From the NCBI GenBank assembly GCA_964434115.1, contig CAYSSX010000003.1:204554-268553 (forward strand): a stretch of DNA of 64,000 bases, read 5' to 3'. Positions 34,638 through 46,200 of the stretch are shown here, in pieces (the stretch's first letter is position 1; the number at the start of each line of letters is the position of its first letter). Source of the DNA: an uncultured bacterium (GTDB lineage: Bacteria; Omnitrophota; Omnitrophia; Omnitrophales; Aquincolibacteriaceae). Both the position numbers and the translations under genes were made by a program. The notes beneath the pieces were generated by a model. The model was given only the letters and a program-made list of their open reading frames with translations, made no database searches and was not told where the DNA came from.

Positions 34638-37109
34638 ATGGCAAGCGGCTACAAAGCATATCCTTTTGACGAAATAGAACCTAAATGGCAGGAGCTTTGG
34701 TATTCCCGCCGCGTTTTTCGCGCCGTGGATCCTGGCGAGCCGGGCAGCGAAAAGCCCAAGTTTTATGTGCTCGATATGTTTCCCTATCCTTCCGCCTCTG
34801 GGCTTCATGTGGGACATCTTGAGGGCTACACGGCCACGGACATTGTGGCCCGTTACAAGCGCATGAAAGGTTTTAACGTTTTGCATCCGATGGGCTGGGA
34901 TGCCTTTGGCCTTCCCGCGGAACAGCATGCGATTGAAACCGGTACCCACCCGCGCAGCACGACAGAGCAAAACGTCAATAATTTCCGCCGCCAAATCAAG
35001 CGTCTCGGTTTTACTTATGATTGGGACCGCGAGGTGAACACCACAGACCCTGATTACTTCCGCTGGACCCAGTGGATCTTCATGAAGCTTTTTGAACGCG
35101 GCCTGGCCTATGAAGCCGAAGTGGCGGTCAATTGGTGTCCCGCCTTGGGAACCGTGCTGGCCAACGAAGAAGTGATTGATGGAAAAAGCGAGCGCGGCGG
35201 ACACCCTGTCGTCCGCAAGCCCATGAGGCAGTGGATCCTCAAGATCACGGCCTATGCCGAGCGCCTGCTGGCAGATCTTGAAACCCTGGACTGGCCGGAA
35301 GCGATCAAAGAGATGCAGCGTAACTGGATCGGTAAATCCGTGGGCGCGGAGGTGGATTTTTCGGTGGATGGGACGGGGGATAAGATCCGCGTTTTCACCA
35401 CCCGCCCGGACACGCTTTTTGGAGCGACCTATATGGTGCTCGCACCGGAGCATCCGCTGGTTTCAAAAATCACAGCACCCGCCCAAAAATCTGCCGTCGA
35501 AGCCTATGCTCAAACAGCGTCCCGCAAGTCCGACCTTGACCGGACGGACCTCGCGAAAGACAAATCGGGCGTTTTTACGGGCGCGTATGCCGTCAACCCT
35601 GTCAACGGTAAGAAAATTCCGGTCTGGATCGCGGATTATGTTTTGATCAGCTATGGAACGGGCGCGATTATGGCTGTTCCGGCTCATGATGAACGCGATC
35701 ACGAGTTTGCCAAAAAGTTTTCCTTGCCGATCACGGAAGTTATTCAAAATTCTGATGCCGCCGGTGATGTCCAGCTCGAGGCCTTTACCGGGATCGGGCT
35801 TTGCTGCAACTCAAAGACTTTGGATGGGAGCTTTTCGCTGGATGGCTTGAAAAGCGATGAGGCCAAAGAGAAGATTACGGCATGGCTGGAATCAAAAGGG
35901 CTTGGAAAAAAATCCACGCAATACAAACTGCGGGACTGGCTTTTCAGCCGGCAGAGGTATTGGGGAGAACCCATTCCGGTGATTCATGTGGAAGGAAAAC
36001 CAAAACTGATTTCCGAAAAAGAACTGCCGCTTAAACTCCCCGAGATGGCTGGTTTTAAACCCACAGGCACAGGCGAAAGCCCGCTCGCGGCCGCCAAGGA
36101 ATGGCTTGCGGCCCAAGACTTTGAAACGGGAAAGCCTGCATTGCGTGAAACCAATACTATGCCGCAGTGGGCGGGCTCCTGCTGGTATTACCTGCGTTAT
36201 ATTGACCCGGAAAACCCTGACCGCCTGATTGATCCCGTGAAAGAGAAATACTGGATGCCCGTGGATCTTTATGTCGGCGGCGCGGAGCATGCGGTGCTTC
36301 ATTTGCTCTATTCCCGTTTTTGGCACAAGGTGCTTTTTGATCTGGGCGTTGTCTCCCGGCCAGAACCTTTTCAGCGCCTTATCAATCAGGGCATGATTTT
36401 GGGCGAGGACGGTCAGAAGATGTCAAAGTCCCGCGGAAACGTCGTTAACCCCGATGACATGCTGGACCGCTACGGTGCTGACAGTATTCGCCTGTATGAG
36501 ATGTTTATGGGGCCGCTTGAAATGACAAAGCCCTGGGCTGTTTCAGGAGTGGACGGTGTGCATCGCTTTCTCGCCCGTATATGGCGTTTGATCGTAGATC
36601 AGGAGGGGAAGATCAATCCGGCGATTCAAGACCGCGAGATGACGGCCGCAGAGTTAAAACGCCTGCATCGCGCGATTAAGAAAGTTTCATCGGATCTTGA
36701 AACCGGGCAATACAACACGGCCATTTCCGCGCTCATGATTTTTCTTAACGAAACGATCAAGGATGAAACCCAGAGCAAAAAAATGCTCGAGACCTTTGTG
36801 CTTCTTCTGGCGCCGTTTGCGCCGCATATGGCGGAGGAGATCTGGCAAAGACTGGGGCATCAGGAAATTCTGGCTTATGAAAAGTGGCCCGTTCACGATG
36901 AATCAGTTTTGGAAGAAGAATCCTTTGAGATGGCCGTGATCATCGGCGGTAAAGTTCGCGCTAAAATGGTCGTTGCTAAAACCCTGACGGAAGATCAAAT
37001 CCGGGAGCAGGTCACAGCTCATCCCAAGCTTCAGGAGCATCTTGCCGGCAAAGGGATCCGTAAAATGATTGTTGTGCCCGGCCGCACCATTAATTTGGTG
37101 TTGGCCTAG
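34638..37109 (+). CDS. leuS: leucyl-tRNA synthetase
   Basis: The class I 'HVGH' motif ('[11 protein letters not shown]'), 'KMSKS' ('QKMSKSRGN') and the CP1 editing domain. The length is 823 aa. Confidence 0.95.
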   Translation: MASGYKAYPFDEIEPKWQELWYSRRVFRAVDPGEPGSEKPKFYVLDMFPYPSASGLHVGHLEGYTATDIVARYKRMKGFNVLHPMGWDAFGLPAEQHAIETGTHPRSTTEQNVNNFRRQIKRLGFTYDWDREVNTTDPDYFRWTQWIFMKLFERGLAYEAEVAVNWCPALGTVLANEEVIDGKSERGGHPVVRKPMRQWILKITAYAERLLADLETLDWPEAIKEMQRNWIGKSVGAEVDFSVDGTGDKIRVFTTRPDTLFGATYMVLAPEHPLVSKITAPAQKSAVEAYAQTASRKSDLDRTDLAKDKSGVFTGAYAVNPVNGKKIPVWIADYVLISYGTGAIMAVPAHDERDHEFAKKFSLPITEVIQNSDAAGDVQLEAFTGIGLCCNSKTLDGSFSLDGLKSDEAKEKITAWLESKGLGKKSTQYKLRDWLFSRQRYWGEPIPVIHVEGKPKLISEKELPLKLPEMAGFKPTGTGESPLAAAKEWLAAQDFETGKPALRETNTMPQWAGSCWYYLRYIDPENPDRLIDPVKEKYWMPVDLYVGGAEHAVLHLLYSRFWHKVLFDLGVVSRPEPFQRLINQGMILGEDGQKMSKSRGNVVNPDDMLDRYGADSIRLYEMFMGPLEMTKPWAVSGVDGVHRFLARIWRLIVDQEGKINPAIQDREMTAAELKRLHRAIKKVSSDLETGQYNTAISALMIFLNETIKDETQSKKMLETFVLLLAPFAPHMAEEIWQRLGHQEILAYEKWPVHDESVLEEESFEMAVIIGGKVRAKMVVAKTLTEDQIREQVTAHPKLQEHLAGKGIRKMIVVPGRTINLVLA

Positions 37110-37170
37110 ATTATTTTAAAGCCTGTCGTACACTCCAAAGTTCCTCCACTTAGGGAGTTAAATCTCATTT

Positions 37171-39219
37171 ATGCCGAAAGTTGAAATCCGGAAGAATCAG
37201 GTCTGGATCGGAAACAAGGCCGTACCGCTTATTTCGGGCGAAGTCCATTACTGGCGCCTGAACCCCAACTATTGGAAAGAAGTTCTTGCGCGTGTCCGCG
37301 AGATGGGGCTTGATGTTGTTGCGACTTACGTGCCTTGGGATTACCACGAATACAAGCGCGGGCAATTCGATTTTACAGGCAAGACCGATCAGACGCGCAA
37401 CCTCAAGAAATTCCTCGAACTTACCCGCAAAGAAGGCTTCAAAGTCATCATTCGCCCCGGACCTTACATTTACAGTGAATGGCCCAATGAGGGCGCTCCG
37501 GCGTATGCTTATAAATATCACCGTTTGCACCCTACGTTTTTAAAATACGCCCGCAACTATCTGGAAAAAGTCTGCGACGTGATTCGTCCTTTTCTGGCTT
37601 CCCGCAAGGGCGGGCACATCTTAATGCTTCAGGCGGACAATGAGATTGATCCCTGGCCGGATATTTTTGGTCCGCAGTACGGCCTCAGCGATAAACCCGG
37701 GATGTTTCAGGATTTCCTTAAAGGGATTTATGAAAACAGGATCGAGCGCCTGAATGCCAGCTGGGGGACGGCCTATGCGAAGTTTGAGGAAGCCGGTCCT
37801 TTTATTGCCACCATGCTTCCCGGGGAAACGGGTCTCTTTCTCAAAGGGGATAAAGAACTCCGGCGGAACACGGATTACTTTAAATTTAAGTACCACTATT
37901 CGCGGAAAGTGGCGGAGTGGAATGTGGAGGCTTTTCGTGATTTGGGAATCGATGTTCCGATTTACCTCAATCTCTATCCGTTTTTTTATGCCCACGACTG
38001 GCAGCAAATGCAGTCTGTGTCCGATCTCGTCGGCGTGGATCTTTATCCGTCCAGTGAACTTGCCGAGGATGAATTTGAGCAGCGCAAAATGGTGGATAAA
38101 ATCCGCTTTCTTTGTCAGGTCTCCAAGATTCCGTACATTGCCGAATTTGCGGCGGGTGTCTGGCATGCCCGTCATTACGACACAGGGGTTCTGACCCCGA
38201 ACCATTACCGTTTGATTACGCTCTCAGCCATTCAGGGCGGCATCGCCGGCTGGAACTGGTACATGCTGGTCAACCGGGACAATTGGTATATGTCACCGAT
38301 TAATGAGTGGGGCCGCGTCCGTGGAGAGCTGTACGAGGTTTTTAAACAGCTCGTCAGCGTGTTTAATGAAATCCATCCGCCGTCACTCAAAAAAATGACC
38401 GAGATCGGCGTTACTTACAACCCGCTTCAGTATGCCGCGCGTACAATGAGCGGCAACAGTCCGGTTCTCACGGCCCTGAACAAGGCGGATATTGATTACA
38501 ATCTCTATGATCCGAGAACCATGGTCTGCAAAGAAAAATTTCTTTTCTATTCCGGTAATCAGTGGCTGGATGAGGTGTCACACCGCAATCTCCGGAATTA
38601 CGTGGAGCAAGGCGGGACCTTGATCGCCTTCCGTGATTACCCGCGCAAAAACGAGAATTTCCAGCTTGCGTCGGTGATTGGTTTTGAAGAACCCAAAAGC
38701 ATTCTTTTTGAATTCAAAAAACAGTTCTCGATTCAGCTGGCGCCCGGACGCACGCCCATCCGTTCGACCAGTTCTGTTTATTCGTTTGGCCAAGTGAAAG
38801 GGACGGCTCTCAAAGCGGATTTTGGCCCTTACGGCAGCCACACGGTGGGTTACATCAAGAAGGTCGGCAAGGGCCGCATTGTGCATCTCGGCGTTGACCC
38901 GACCCGTGAACTTATTTTGGAGGTCCTGGATTATCTCAAAGTGGGACTGGTTTCTTACTCGCCGACCCGGGATGTCAACACCACGCTTTTCCAGCGCGGA
39001 AAGTCTTACTATTTGATCATTACCAATGTCGGGGATGAAGATAAGAGCGCCAGTATTTACCTTCCGGCTTTGGAAGGTTTCCGGGGCAAGCTGAAAGTCC
39101 GCGATCTTATGACAGGCGAGACTTCAAGCTGTTCATACGATCAGCGGGCCCCTTTTTCGACGGAGCTTAAGCGCAAAGACGGTAAGGTGATTGAATTCCG
39201 CCTTGCCGGACGCTCCTGA
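37171..39219 (+). CDS. glycoside hydrolase family 35 (beta-galactosidase-like), no signal peptide
   Basis: 'ISGEVHYWRL...YVPWDYHEYKRGQFDFTG' and 'IRPGPYIYSEWPNEGAPAYA' match the GH35 catalytic-domain signatures. Confidence 0.75.
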   Translation: MPKVEIRKNQVWIGNKAVPLISGEVHYWRLNPNYWKEVLARVREMGLDVVATYVPWDYHEYKRGQFDFTGKTDQTRNLKKFLELTRKEGFKVIIRPGPYIYSEWPNEGAPAYAYKYHRLHPTFLKYARNYLEKVCDVIRPFLASRKGGHILMLQADNEIDPWPDIFGPQYGLSDKPGMFQDFLKGIYENRIERLNASWGTAYAKFEEAGPFIATMLPGETGLFLKGDKELRRNTDYFKFKYHYSRKVAEWNVEAFRDLGIDVPIYLNLYPFFYAHDWQQMQSVSDLVGVDLYPSSELAEDEFEQRKMVDKIRFLCQVSKIPYIAEFAAGVWHARHYDTGVLTPNHYRLITLSAIQGGIAGWNWYMLVNRDNWYMSPINEWGRVRGELYEVFKQLVSVFNEIHPPSLKKMTEIGVTYNPLQYAARTMSGNSPVLTALNKADIDYNLYDPRTMVCKEKFLFYSGNQWLDEVSHRNLRNYVEQGGTLIAFRDYPRKNENFQLASVIGFEEPKSILFEFKKQFSIQLAPGRTPIRSTSSVYSFGQVKGTALKADFGPYGSHTVGYIKKVGKGRIVHLGVDPTRELILEVLDYLKVGLVSYSPTRDVNTTLFQRGKSYYLIITNVGDEDKSASIYLPALEGFRGKLKVRDLMTGETSSCSYDQRAPFSTELKRKDGKVIEFRLAGRS

Positions 39220-39286
39220 AAAGCTTAGACTCAATTGTTTTTCCCGCGCAGCCGCGCGGTATCCTATAAGAAAACGGGTTACCCAA

Positions 39287-40096
39287 ATGTACGAAACCTA
39301 CTTCGGCCTTACAGAGCCTCCTTTCAACGTTACCCCGGATCCTCGTTTTGTATTTTTCAGCCAGCAGCACCGTGAAGCCTTGTCGGCCCTTGTCTATGGT
39401 GTTGAAAGCCGCCGCGGTTTTATTCAGATTACCGGCGAAATCGGAACGGGAAAAACCACCCTTTGCCGGGCGCTTCTTCAGCGTCTCGATGAGAAAGTCC
39501 ACAGCGCGCTTGTTTTTAATCCCAAACTTTCGGAGTTTGAGCTTCTGCAGACCATCGTGGAGGATTTTGGAATTAAGCCGCCCGGTAAAAAGAAAAAAGA
39601 TTACTTCGATGCGCTTAACCGTTTTTTGCTGGATGAGCTTGATAAAGGATACAACGCGATCGTGATTATTGACGAGGCGCAGCTCTTAAGCCCGAAGGCG
39701 CTGGAACAGATCAGGCTTCTTTCCAACCTTGAAACATCGACGCAGAAACTTCTGCAAATCATCCTCGTGGGGCAGCCGGAACTTCGCGATCTTTTGAACC
39801 GGAAAGATTTGGTTCAGCTCTTTCAACGGATCACGATTCGTTATCACCTCAGCGTTTTAACGCGTGCCGAAGCGGGCGAATACCTGGATCACCGCATGAA
39901 AGTGGCAGGCGGTCAGCGGGCTGTTTTTACTCCGGAAGCGGTGGACCGTATTTATGAAATTTCCGCAGGCGTGCCGCGGCTGATGAATGTCCTTGCCGAC
40001 AGGGCTCTCATGGCGGCTTTCACCCAGTCTTCGTCGATCATTACACCGGATCTTGTCAGTTATGCCTACCAAGATCTTCAGGGGATTCGCGCATGA
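39287..40096 (+). CDS. gspA: ExeA/GspA-like AAA ATPase
   Basis: 'YETYFGLTEPPF', Walker A 'GEIGTGKTT' and Walker B 'VIIDEAQ'. Start placed at the internal Met because the track start overlaps the GH35 gene. Confidence 0.75.
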   Translation: MYETYFGLTEPPFNVTPDPRFVFFSQQHREALSALVYGVESRRGFIQITGEIGTGKTTLCRALLQRLDEKVHSALVFNPKLSEFELLQTIVEDFGIKPPGKKKKDYFDALNRFLLDELDKGYNAIVIIDEAQLLSPKALEQIRLLSNLETSTQKLLQIILVGQPELRDLLNRKDLVQLFQRITIRYHLSVLTRAEAGEYLDHRMKVAGGQRAVFTPEAVDRIYEISAGVPRLMNVLADRALMAAFTQSSSIITPDLVSYAYQDLQGIRA

Positions 40097-40608
40097 GTGT
40101 GATTCACGACGCCTTGGAAAAAGGGGGGAAGCCGGCGGCGCTGGCGATGAGATCTTTCCCCGTGCTGCTGCCGGATGTCATCCCTCATGTCTCAGAACGG
40201 CGAATGAATGCCCAGGCTTTTCAAAAAGTATCAAACTATGCGGCCGATCACCCGCGCATCATTTATGGTCTGCCTCTTTTACTCCTTTTAGGAGTCCTTG
40301 TCATTTCGGGGCTCCGTTTTTCAAACGTTCCGGCACCGGATTCCTCTTCAAAGAAACGGATGCCCGCCCTTTCTGCTTCAGGGCATCCCCGGCCGGACGT
40401 TTTACCCCAGAAGACCCGCCTGTCTGGATCTTCCGGCTATCAGCTCACAGGGATTGTTGAAGGCGCAGAAGGTATTGCGATCATCAACGATCAGACCTTG
40501 AGAGTCGGTGACCGGATCGGACGCGCTCTTGTGAAAGAAATTCAAGGCCGAAGAGTGATCCTTGAATTTCAGGGAAGAGAAATTATCCTCAGTCTTCAGG
40601 AAGCTTAG
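40093..40608 (+). CDS. gspB: GspB/ExeB-like membrane protein (partner of GspA)
   Basis: ATGA-coupled to gspA. 'MSVIHDALEKG' resembles the GspB family N-terminus. One TM helix and a C-terminal beta-rich domain. Confidence 0.45.
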   Translation: MSVIHDALEKGGKPAALAMRSFPVLLPDVIPHVSERRMNAQAFQKVSNYAADHPRIIYGLPLLLLLGVLVISGLRFSNVPAPDSSSKKRMPALSASGHPRPDVLPQKTRLSGSSGYQLTGIVEGAEGIAIINDQTLRVGDRIGRALVKEIQGRRVILEFQGREIILSLQEA

Positions 40609-40667
40609 AAGACAGGATCTTCCAGCGGAAACGCCTTGTTTCCGGACTTTTTTCACAGGGAGTGTTC

Positions 40668-40835
40668 ATGCGCAGCCTGCTTCATTTTCAGCAGACGTGG
40701 CTTTTTATTTTTTTATGCTTTCTGATCGCTATCCAAACCGGGCGTGAATACCGTCTTTCTGTTTTGGATTGGAATACCACCCTTGAGCTTTTCATCCTCC
40801 CGTTTTTGAATTTCTTGACGAGGGGATTCCCGTGA
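40668..40835 (+). CDS. small hydrophobic ORF, 55 aa, upstream of and overlapping the comEC start; could be an N-terminal ComEC segment in another frame
   Basis: GGGAG SD 5 nt upstream of the ATG. One TM helix (WLFIFLCFLIAI). The stop overlaps the comEC GTG (GTGA). Confidence 0.25.
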   Translation: MRSLLHFQQTWLFIFLCFLIAIQTGREYRLSVLDWNTTLELFILPFLNFLTRGFP

Positions 40836-43069
40836 GACATCTGGCGGCTCTGTCGGCTGCAGTTGTTTTTGCGGGGTGCCTTGCCGCGCCCTGGATTCAA
40901 GCACCCCGCTTTTTGCTGCAGGGAATAACGGTCTTGGTTCTGTGGCCGTTATGGAGGCTTCGCGGACACCCTGCGTTTCTCCCTATTTTTCTAGTCTCCC
41001 TTTTCGCGCTCACGGCGGCCGCCTGGAAGCTGGATCGGACGTGGGCCGTGAATTCTGTCCATGCCTGGAGAAGTACAGAAAGGATCAATGTTACGGGATG
41101 GGTTTCAGGACCTCCGGAACTGGAGAGCTCGGGCAACCGTCAGCGTGTTTCGTTTGCGCTTGAAGCCAAGAGCGTTATTTTTTTTGACGGAGACATCAAG
41201 CGGGAGGTCCCCGTGCAAGGAAGAGTCTGGGTAAAGATTTATCAATGCGGCCGCATTCCCTCTTACGGAGATTCTGTCCGAGTTTCCGGAGAGCTTTCGG
41301 AACCCCAAGGACGGAGAAACCCTCACGGGTTTGACGAACGGCGCTGGCTCTCGGACCAGGGGTTTGATTCGGTTTTGAAAGCTTATGGTTTGAAAGCGAT
41401 GGTCGTTACCGGCGAAGCATCCGAGGCGAACCGGCTTTTGAAAGGCCTGTTTGAATTCCGGGCATTGACGAGCAAGAAAATCGGAGAGGTTTGGAGCGCT
41501 CATGAGGCCCTTTACTTCAAGGCTTTGATTTTGGGAGAACGTCAATCTCTTCCCGCATCTGAGAAAGAAACTTTTATCCGTACCGCCACGGCCCATATTC
41601 TTTCGATCAGCGGGCTCCACTTCGCATTGATTGCAGGGACTCTTTTCATCCTTTTGCTAAGCGCGGGCGTAAGGCCGAAAGCCGCGGCCTGGCTAAGTTT
41701 CTTCCTGCTTTTCGCCTATGTTTTTTTGGCGGGATTCAGCGTTCCTGTCAGGCGAGCCGGATTTATGGCTGCCGCAGGCATGGGCGCGCTTATTTTGGAA
41801 AGGGAAACGCGAAGTTTTCATGTTTTGTTTTTGGCGGTCGTATTTTTTCTGCTGGCGGACACTCGGCTTTTGGGAAATGTTTCATTTCAGCTTTCTTTCC
41901 TTTCGGTCTTTTGCATGCTTTGGGCTGTTCGGAAGGCAGAAAGGCAGGGCGCAATCCCGGGTGCCGTTCAAGTTAGTCTGGCGGTCACGGCTGGAACTTT
42001 TCCGGTCATCGCGGCTGTTTTTCATGGGGTTTCTTTGACCGGGATTCCCGCTAATTTAATAGCTGTTCCGCTCTTCAATGCAGCCCTTCTCTTTTCTTTT
42101 CCGGCGCTCTTCTTTTATGGGGTGAAAGCCGTTTTGCTGGGGCAGGCTGCAGCTTCCCTGGCCGCCTTTTTTTTAAAAGCCGGATTGGCTTCGGCGGCGT
42201 GGTTTTCTGCACTTCCTGGAAGCTACCTTTTTGTTCCGGAGCCCTCAAAAGCCGCGCTTTTTACGTACAGTTTTTTTTGTGCAGCCTTTGCATTTTTGGA
42301 CCCAAAGCGGTCAAAAAATCAAAAGAGGCTTAAGCGGCTGTGCGGAGCGGGCTGCGCGGCCGCGGCCCTTGTCATTCTTTTCCCGGGTTCCTCCGCAAAG
42401 CCCTTTGCGGCGGTTCTCCAGGCCAAAACACAGCCTTTAGTTCACGTCCACTTTGACAAAAATCAGGACTGGGTTTTCGCATCGCCGGGAGGCTATTGGA
42501 ATCAGGACGACACATGGGTTCTTAGACCTTACTTGCAGGGGGAGGGCTGCCGGAAGCTCGAAAGGATCGTACTGCTTTCCGAAAGGAAAAAAAAGAAGTC
42601 TGCGCCCAGGCCCGCGACTCTTTTTCCTATGACCGGAAAGTCCTCCTCGGGGAGCCGGTACTTTGAAACCTTTCCGCCGGAACTGAAAGGCGGGAGGCGG
42701 GTTGTTTTTGCCGCCGGGGACAGAGGCTTTGATGTTTTGGAAAACACAAACCAGCGTCCGCCTGTCCGGCTCTGGATCGAGGGGATGCAGATTCTTTTGA
42801 TGCCGGCCTTGAACGCTGAAAGCACTCAGAAGGTCTTAGGTCTGGAAGAGTGGGGGGCGGACAGCCAAGTTCTTGTTTTGCCGGCACTTACAGACAGCAA
42901 CCGCGGGACCTTGGCAGCCCTTTTGGAGAAAGTTGATCCGCAGATGCTTGTTTTACCGAAGCCGCCAAACGAAGCAATCCTTTCAAGTCTTCCTAAAATA
43001 CCGAAGATCTGCTTTTTGAATCAACGCGGCGCCATTCGTTTTGATGCCTTTCAAAAAGGGAACCCTTGA
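40832..43069 (+). CDS. comEC: ComEC/Rec2-family DNA-internalisation channel protein
   Basis: N-terminal TM helices plus an OB-fold region, the polytopic competence domain ('LSISGLHFALIAG') and a C-terminal degenerate metallo-beta-lactamase-like region. The length is 745 aa. Confidence 0.8.
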   Translation: MRHLAALSAAVVFAGCLAAPWIQAPRFLLQGITVLVLWPLWRLRGHPAFLPIFLVSLFALTAAAWKLDRTWAVNSVHAWRSTERINVTGWVSGPPELESSGNRQRVSFALEAKSVIFFDGDIKREVPVQGRVWVKIYQCGRIPSYGDSVRVSGELSEPQGRRNPHGFDERRWLSDQGFDSVLKAYGLKAMVVTGEASEANRLLKGLFEFRALTSKKIGEVWSAHEALYFKALILGERQSLPASEKETFIRTATAHILSISGLHFALIAGTLFILLLSAGVRPKAAAWLSFFLLFAYVFLAGFSVPVRRAGFMAAAGMGALILERETRSFHVLFLAVVFFLLADTRLLGNVSFQLSFLSVFCMLWAVRKAERQGAIPGAVQVSLAVTAGTFPVIAAVFHGVSLTGIPANLIAVPLFNAALLFSFPALFFYGVKAVLLGQAAASLAAFFLKAGLASAAWFSALPGSYLFVPEPSKAALFTYSFFCAAFAFLDPKRSKNQKRLKRLCGAGCAAAALVILFPGSSAKPFAAVLQAKTQPLVHVHFDKNQDWVFASPGGYWNQDDTWVLRPYLQGEGCRKLERIVLLSERKKKKSAPRPATLFPMTGKSSSGSRYFETFPPELKGGRRVVFAAGDRGFDVLENTNQRPPVRLWIEGMQILLMPALNAESTQKVLGLEEWGADSQVLVLPALTDSNRGTLAALLEKVDPQMLVLPKPPNEAILSSLPKIPKICFLNQRGAIRFDAFQKGNP

Positions 43070-43235
43070 GGCATGAAGAGGCTTTTTTTGAAGGGCTCGA
43101 CAGGCTTTTAAGGCGACTTCGCGCAAGGGGAAGGGGCCCTTGTTTGGAACAGAATTCCGGATTGACACCCCCAATCAAGTTTGTTATAGTACCCAGTCTT
43201 TTAATCCCACGCAAACCGAGGTTTCCAAAAGAGTT

Positions 43236-46200
43236 ATGACAAATAAGAAAGTCCCCGCTTTCCTTTTGGCTTTATGTCTTTTCGCGACCCCCTCTCAAGC
43301 CTACTGGGTCTGGTCTCCTGAAGCTGGAAAATTTGTGAATCCTGAAGAGGGAATGCAGGATACCGCGGAAGAGCAATACGAGTACGCGATGAAATTTTAC
43401 CGCGACAAAGATTATGACAAAGCGGAAGAACAGCTCAAAAGTGTGCTCAAGAAATTTCGCGGCGCCAAAATTGCCCCGGAAGCCCAGTACCGTCTTGGCG
43501 TGATTTATGAGGAAAAAAATGATTACCTCAAGGCGTTTGAAACCTACAAGGTTGTGATTGAGTCTTACCCGCAAAGCCAGCGGGCCGAGGAAGTCATTGA
43601 ACGTGAATTTAAAATCGGGAATGTTTTCCTCTCCGGCAAGAAAGCCAAAATCATGGGGCTTGAAATCCTCCCGTCCCTTTCCAAAGCCGCGGATGTTTTC
43701 GAACATATCGTGAAAAATGCCCCTTACAGCGCCTATGGCGACCAAGCTTCTTTCCGTCTCGGATTGACCCGCAAAAAGCAGGGACAATTTGATAAGGCTG
43801 TGGAAGCCTTCCAGTCGGTGATCGACAACTACCCGAAAAGCGAACTTATTCAGGAAGCCCGCTTTCAGCTCGCGGACACGGCTTTTCAGCGCTCCAATTA
43901 TTCTGGCCGCGACGAACGCGCCTTAGACACTGCGGGTGATTATGTGGACCGGTACCTTGCCCGCCACCCGGAATCCGAAGAAACCGAAAAGGCCGCGAAG
44001 CTCCGCGGAGAAATCGATGAAAAGAATGCGGAGAAGAATTTCCGGATCGGGCTCTATTACGAAAAAACGAAGTATGTTTCGAGCGCCATTATTTACTATC
44101 GTGATGTGGCGAAGCGCTACCCCTCAACTCAGTGGGGGCAGAAATCACAGGAAAAGTTGAAAAGCCTTCAGGAGCCCGTCGCTTTTCTGAAAGATGAGCA
44201 GCAAAAGGTTGAAAGTGAAATTCAGCTGACGCAGTCTCAGCTGGAAGCCTTGAAAGACAGCAAGGATTCCGTTGAACGGGATGCCCTTCACCGGAAGCTT
44301 GACCGCCTCCGCCAGCGTCAGAAAAGCGTTGAAAGCTCCAAAAAAGAAAGTATGAAAAGCCGTGAGGAAGATTTAAAACGGCGCGAGCAGGAGCTCAAAG
44401 AAAAAGTGGCGAACCTGAATACCAAGAAAAAGCTTTTGGTGACCAATAAGTCTGAAGATTTGGCGAAGGCGATTGAACGGTGGGAGAATTCTCTCAATGA
44501 CGAAAAGGAATCCCTTGCCCTGGAGCGTCGTCAGCTTGGGGACTGGAAACAGTCCATGGGCCTGGCCCAGCATGAGAGTATGTGGGACATTCTTCCCTTT
44601 GTAGGCGAGGCGCCCTCGGAGCTTGACCAGGTCCGGAGAGTGGACGCGAAAAAACTTTACAAAGTTTCAGGAGAGAAAAAGGAATTACTGGAAAGCAAAG
44701 AACTTCTCTATAAACAGTACCAGGAAGTCGCTGAAATGGTAGGCGGTGTTTCGGGAAGCCGGTTTGATACGGCTGAAGAAGCGGCGGATTTTCAAAGTGC
44801 CCTGTTGTCCGGTAATGAAGAGATTCAGGAGCGCAACCGCAAACTGCAGGAAAAACGTGAAGAGGTCCGCAAGCTTGAGCAGGAACTCGATACTCAAAGC
44901 GGTCTCTATAAACAGAAGTTTGGTGACAGCGCTTTGGCTGCGTTTTTTCGGATGCCCGCGCGGATGGTGACGGGTTCCACGGAAGCCGTTGGAAGATCGA
45001 TCGGGGCTTTGAATCCGTTTGACCGCTCTTCTGCCGCCGGTTCTGCGGACAACTCACTTGAGCAGCTCCTTGAGAAGCAGATGCACTTAAAAGAAAAGGT
45101 GAATACCCAGCGCAACCTTGTGGAGATTTTGACGCAGGCCTTTGATGACGATCTGGCCATGCAGGAACAGAAGCGGCTCCTTAAGTCTTTGGAACAAGGA
45201 GGCAGTTCGGATCAGGAAATGCGGGACCTGCGCAAAGCCACCAAACATGTTGAAAAAGAGATGCGTGCCGCTTATTCCGAAATTGGCGACCGCCATGAAA
45301 AAATCAAGGCGCTGACCAGCGAGCTTGAAAAGCTTCTTGATTCCCCTGAAGCCAATGAGGGCCGTGAGGTTCAAAATGCCGTCACGGCGCCCGCCCGTGT
45401 GGTGGCCAAAGGCGCAAGGGATTTTCTTTTTGGTAGAAAATCACAGGAAGCCCGGGTCAGTGAAAGCGCTGAAAAGCTTCCTATGAGCAATGCCGCTGCC
45501 GAGCAGGCAAAATCCCTTAAGGAAGAAATCGAACTTCAGAGTCTTCTTATCGAGGCACGCAACCGCGAAATTTATCAGCTTAAGCAGGAATTAGACATTC
45601 TGCGTTCCAAGGCGTCCCTGTCCGGCGGTTATCAATTCCGCTCCTCCTTGGTGAAAGTACCCTACGAGTTTCTTGAAGAAGCTATTGATAGTGCCCGCAG
45701 TGTCGTTCCCAAGAAGGAGCGCAAGGATATGCTCATTAACCGGTTAGACAAAGAGACCCGGGATATGGAAGCGGCGAAGCAGGAACTTGCGGAGATTGAG
45801 AAGCAGATCGCGGAGAAATCCGGTTCAGCGCCCGTTCAACCGGCAGCGGTTCCTTCAGACACAGCGGCTTCAGAGGGCGCAGAAGCCCCGTCAGAACCTT
45901 CAACGGCTGTGGACGAGGCCGAGCTCAAAAGCTCTATCCAGGAAATGACCATCCGCCTTCAGGCGGCCCAGCAGGATTATGAGCAGGACAGAATAGCGCT
46001 TGAGAAAGAAGCGCAAGCCCTGAAGGCCGAGGCCGGTAAAACCCAGGAAGACAAAAACTGGGGCGGCAAGACAAAGGATTTGACCGGCCAGGAAGGGAAG
46101 CTCCGCGATGAACTTCGAAACCTTGAGAAAGAATTGTCCGACCTCATCCGCAAAGAAGGAAAGCTGGAGGAGGAAGAGTCAGGAATCCTTGAAAACCGGA

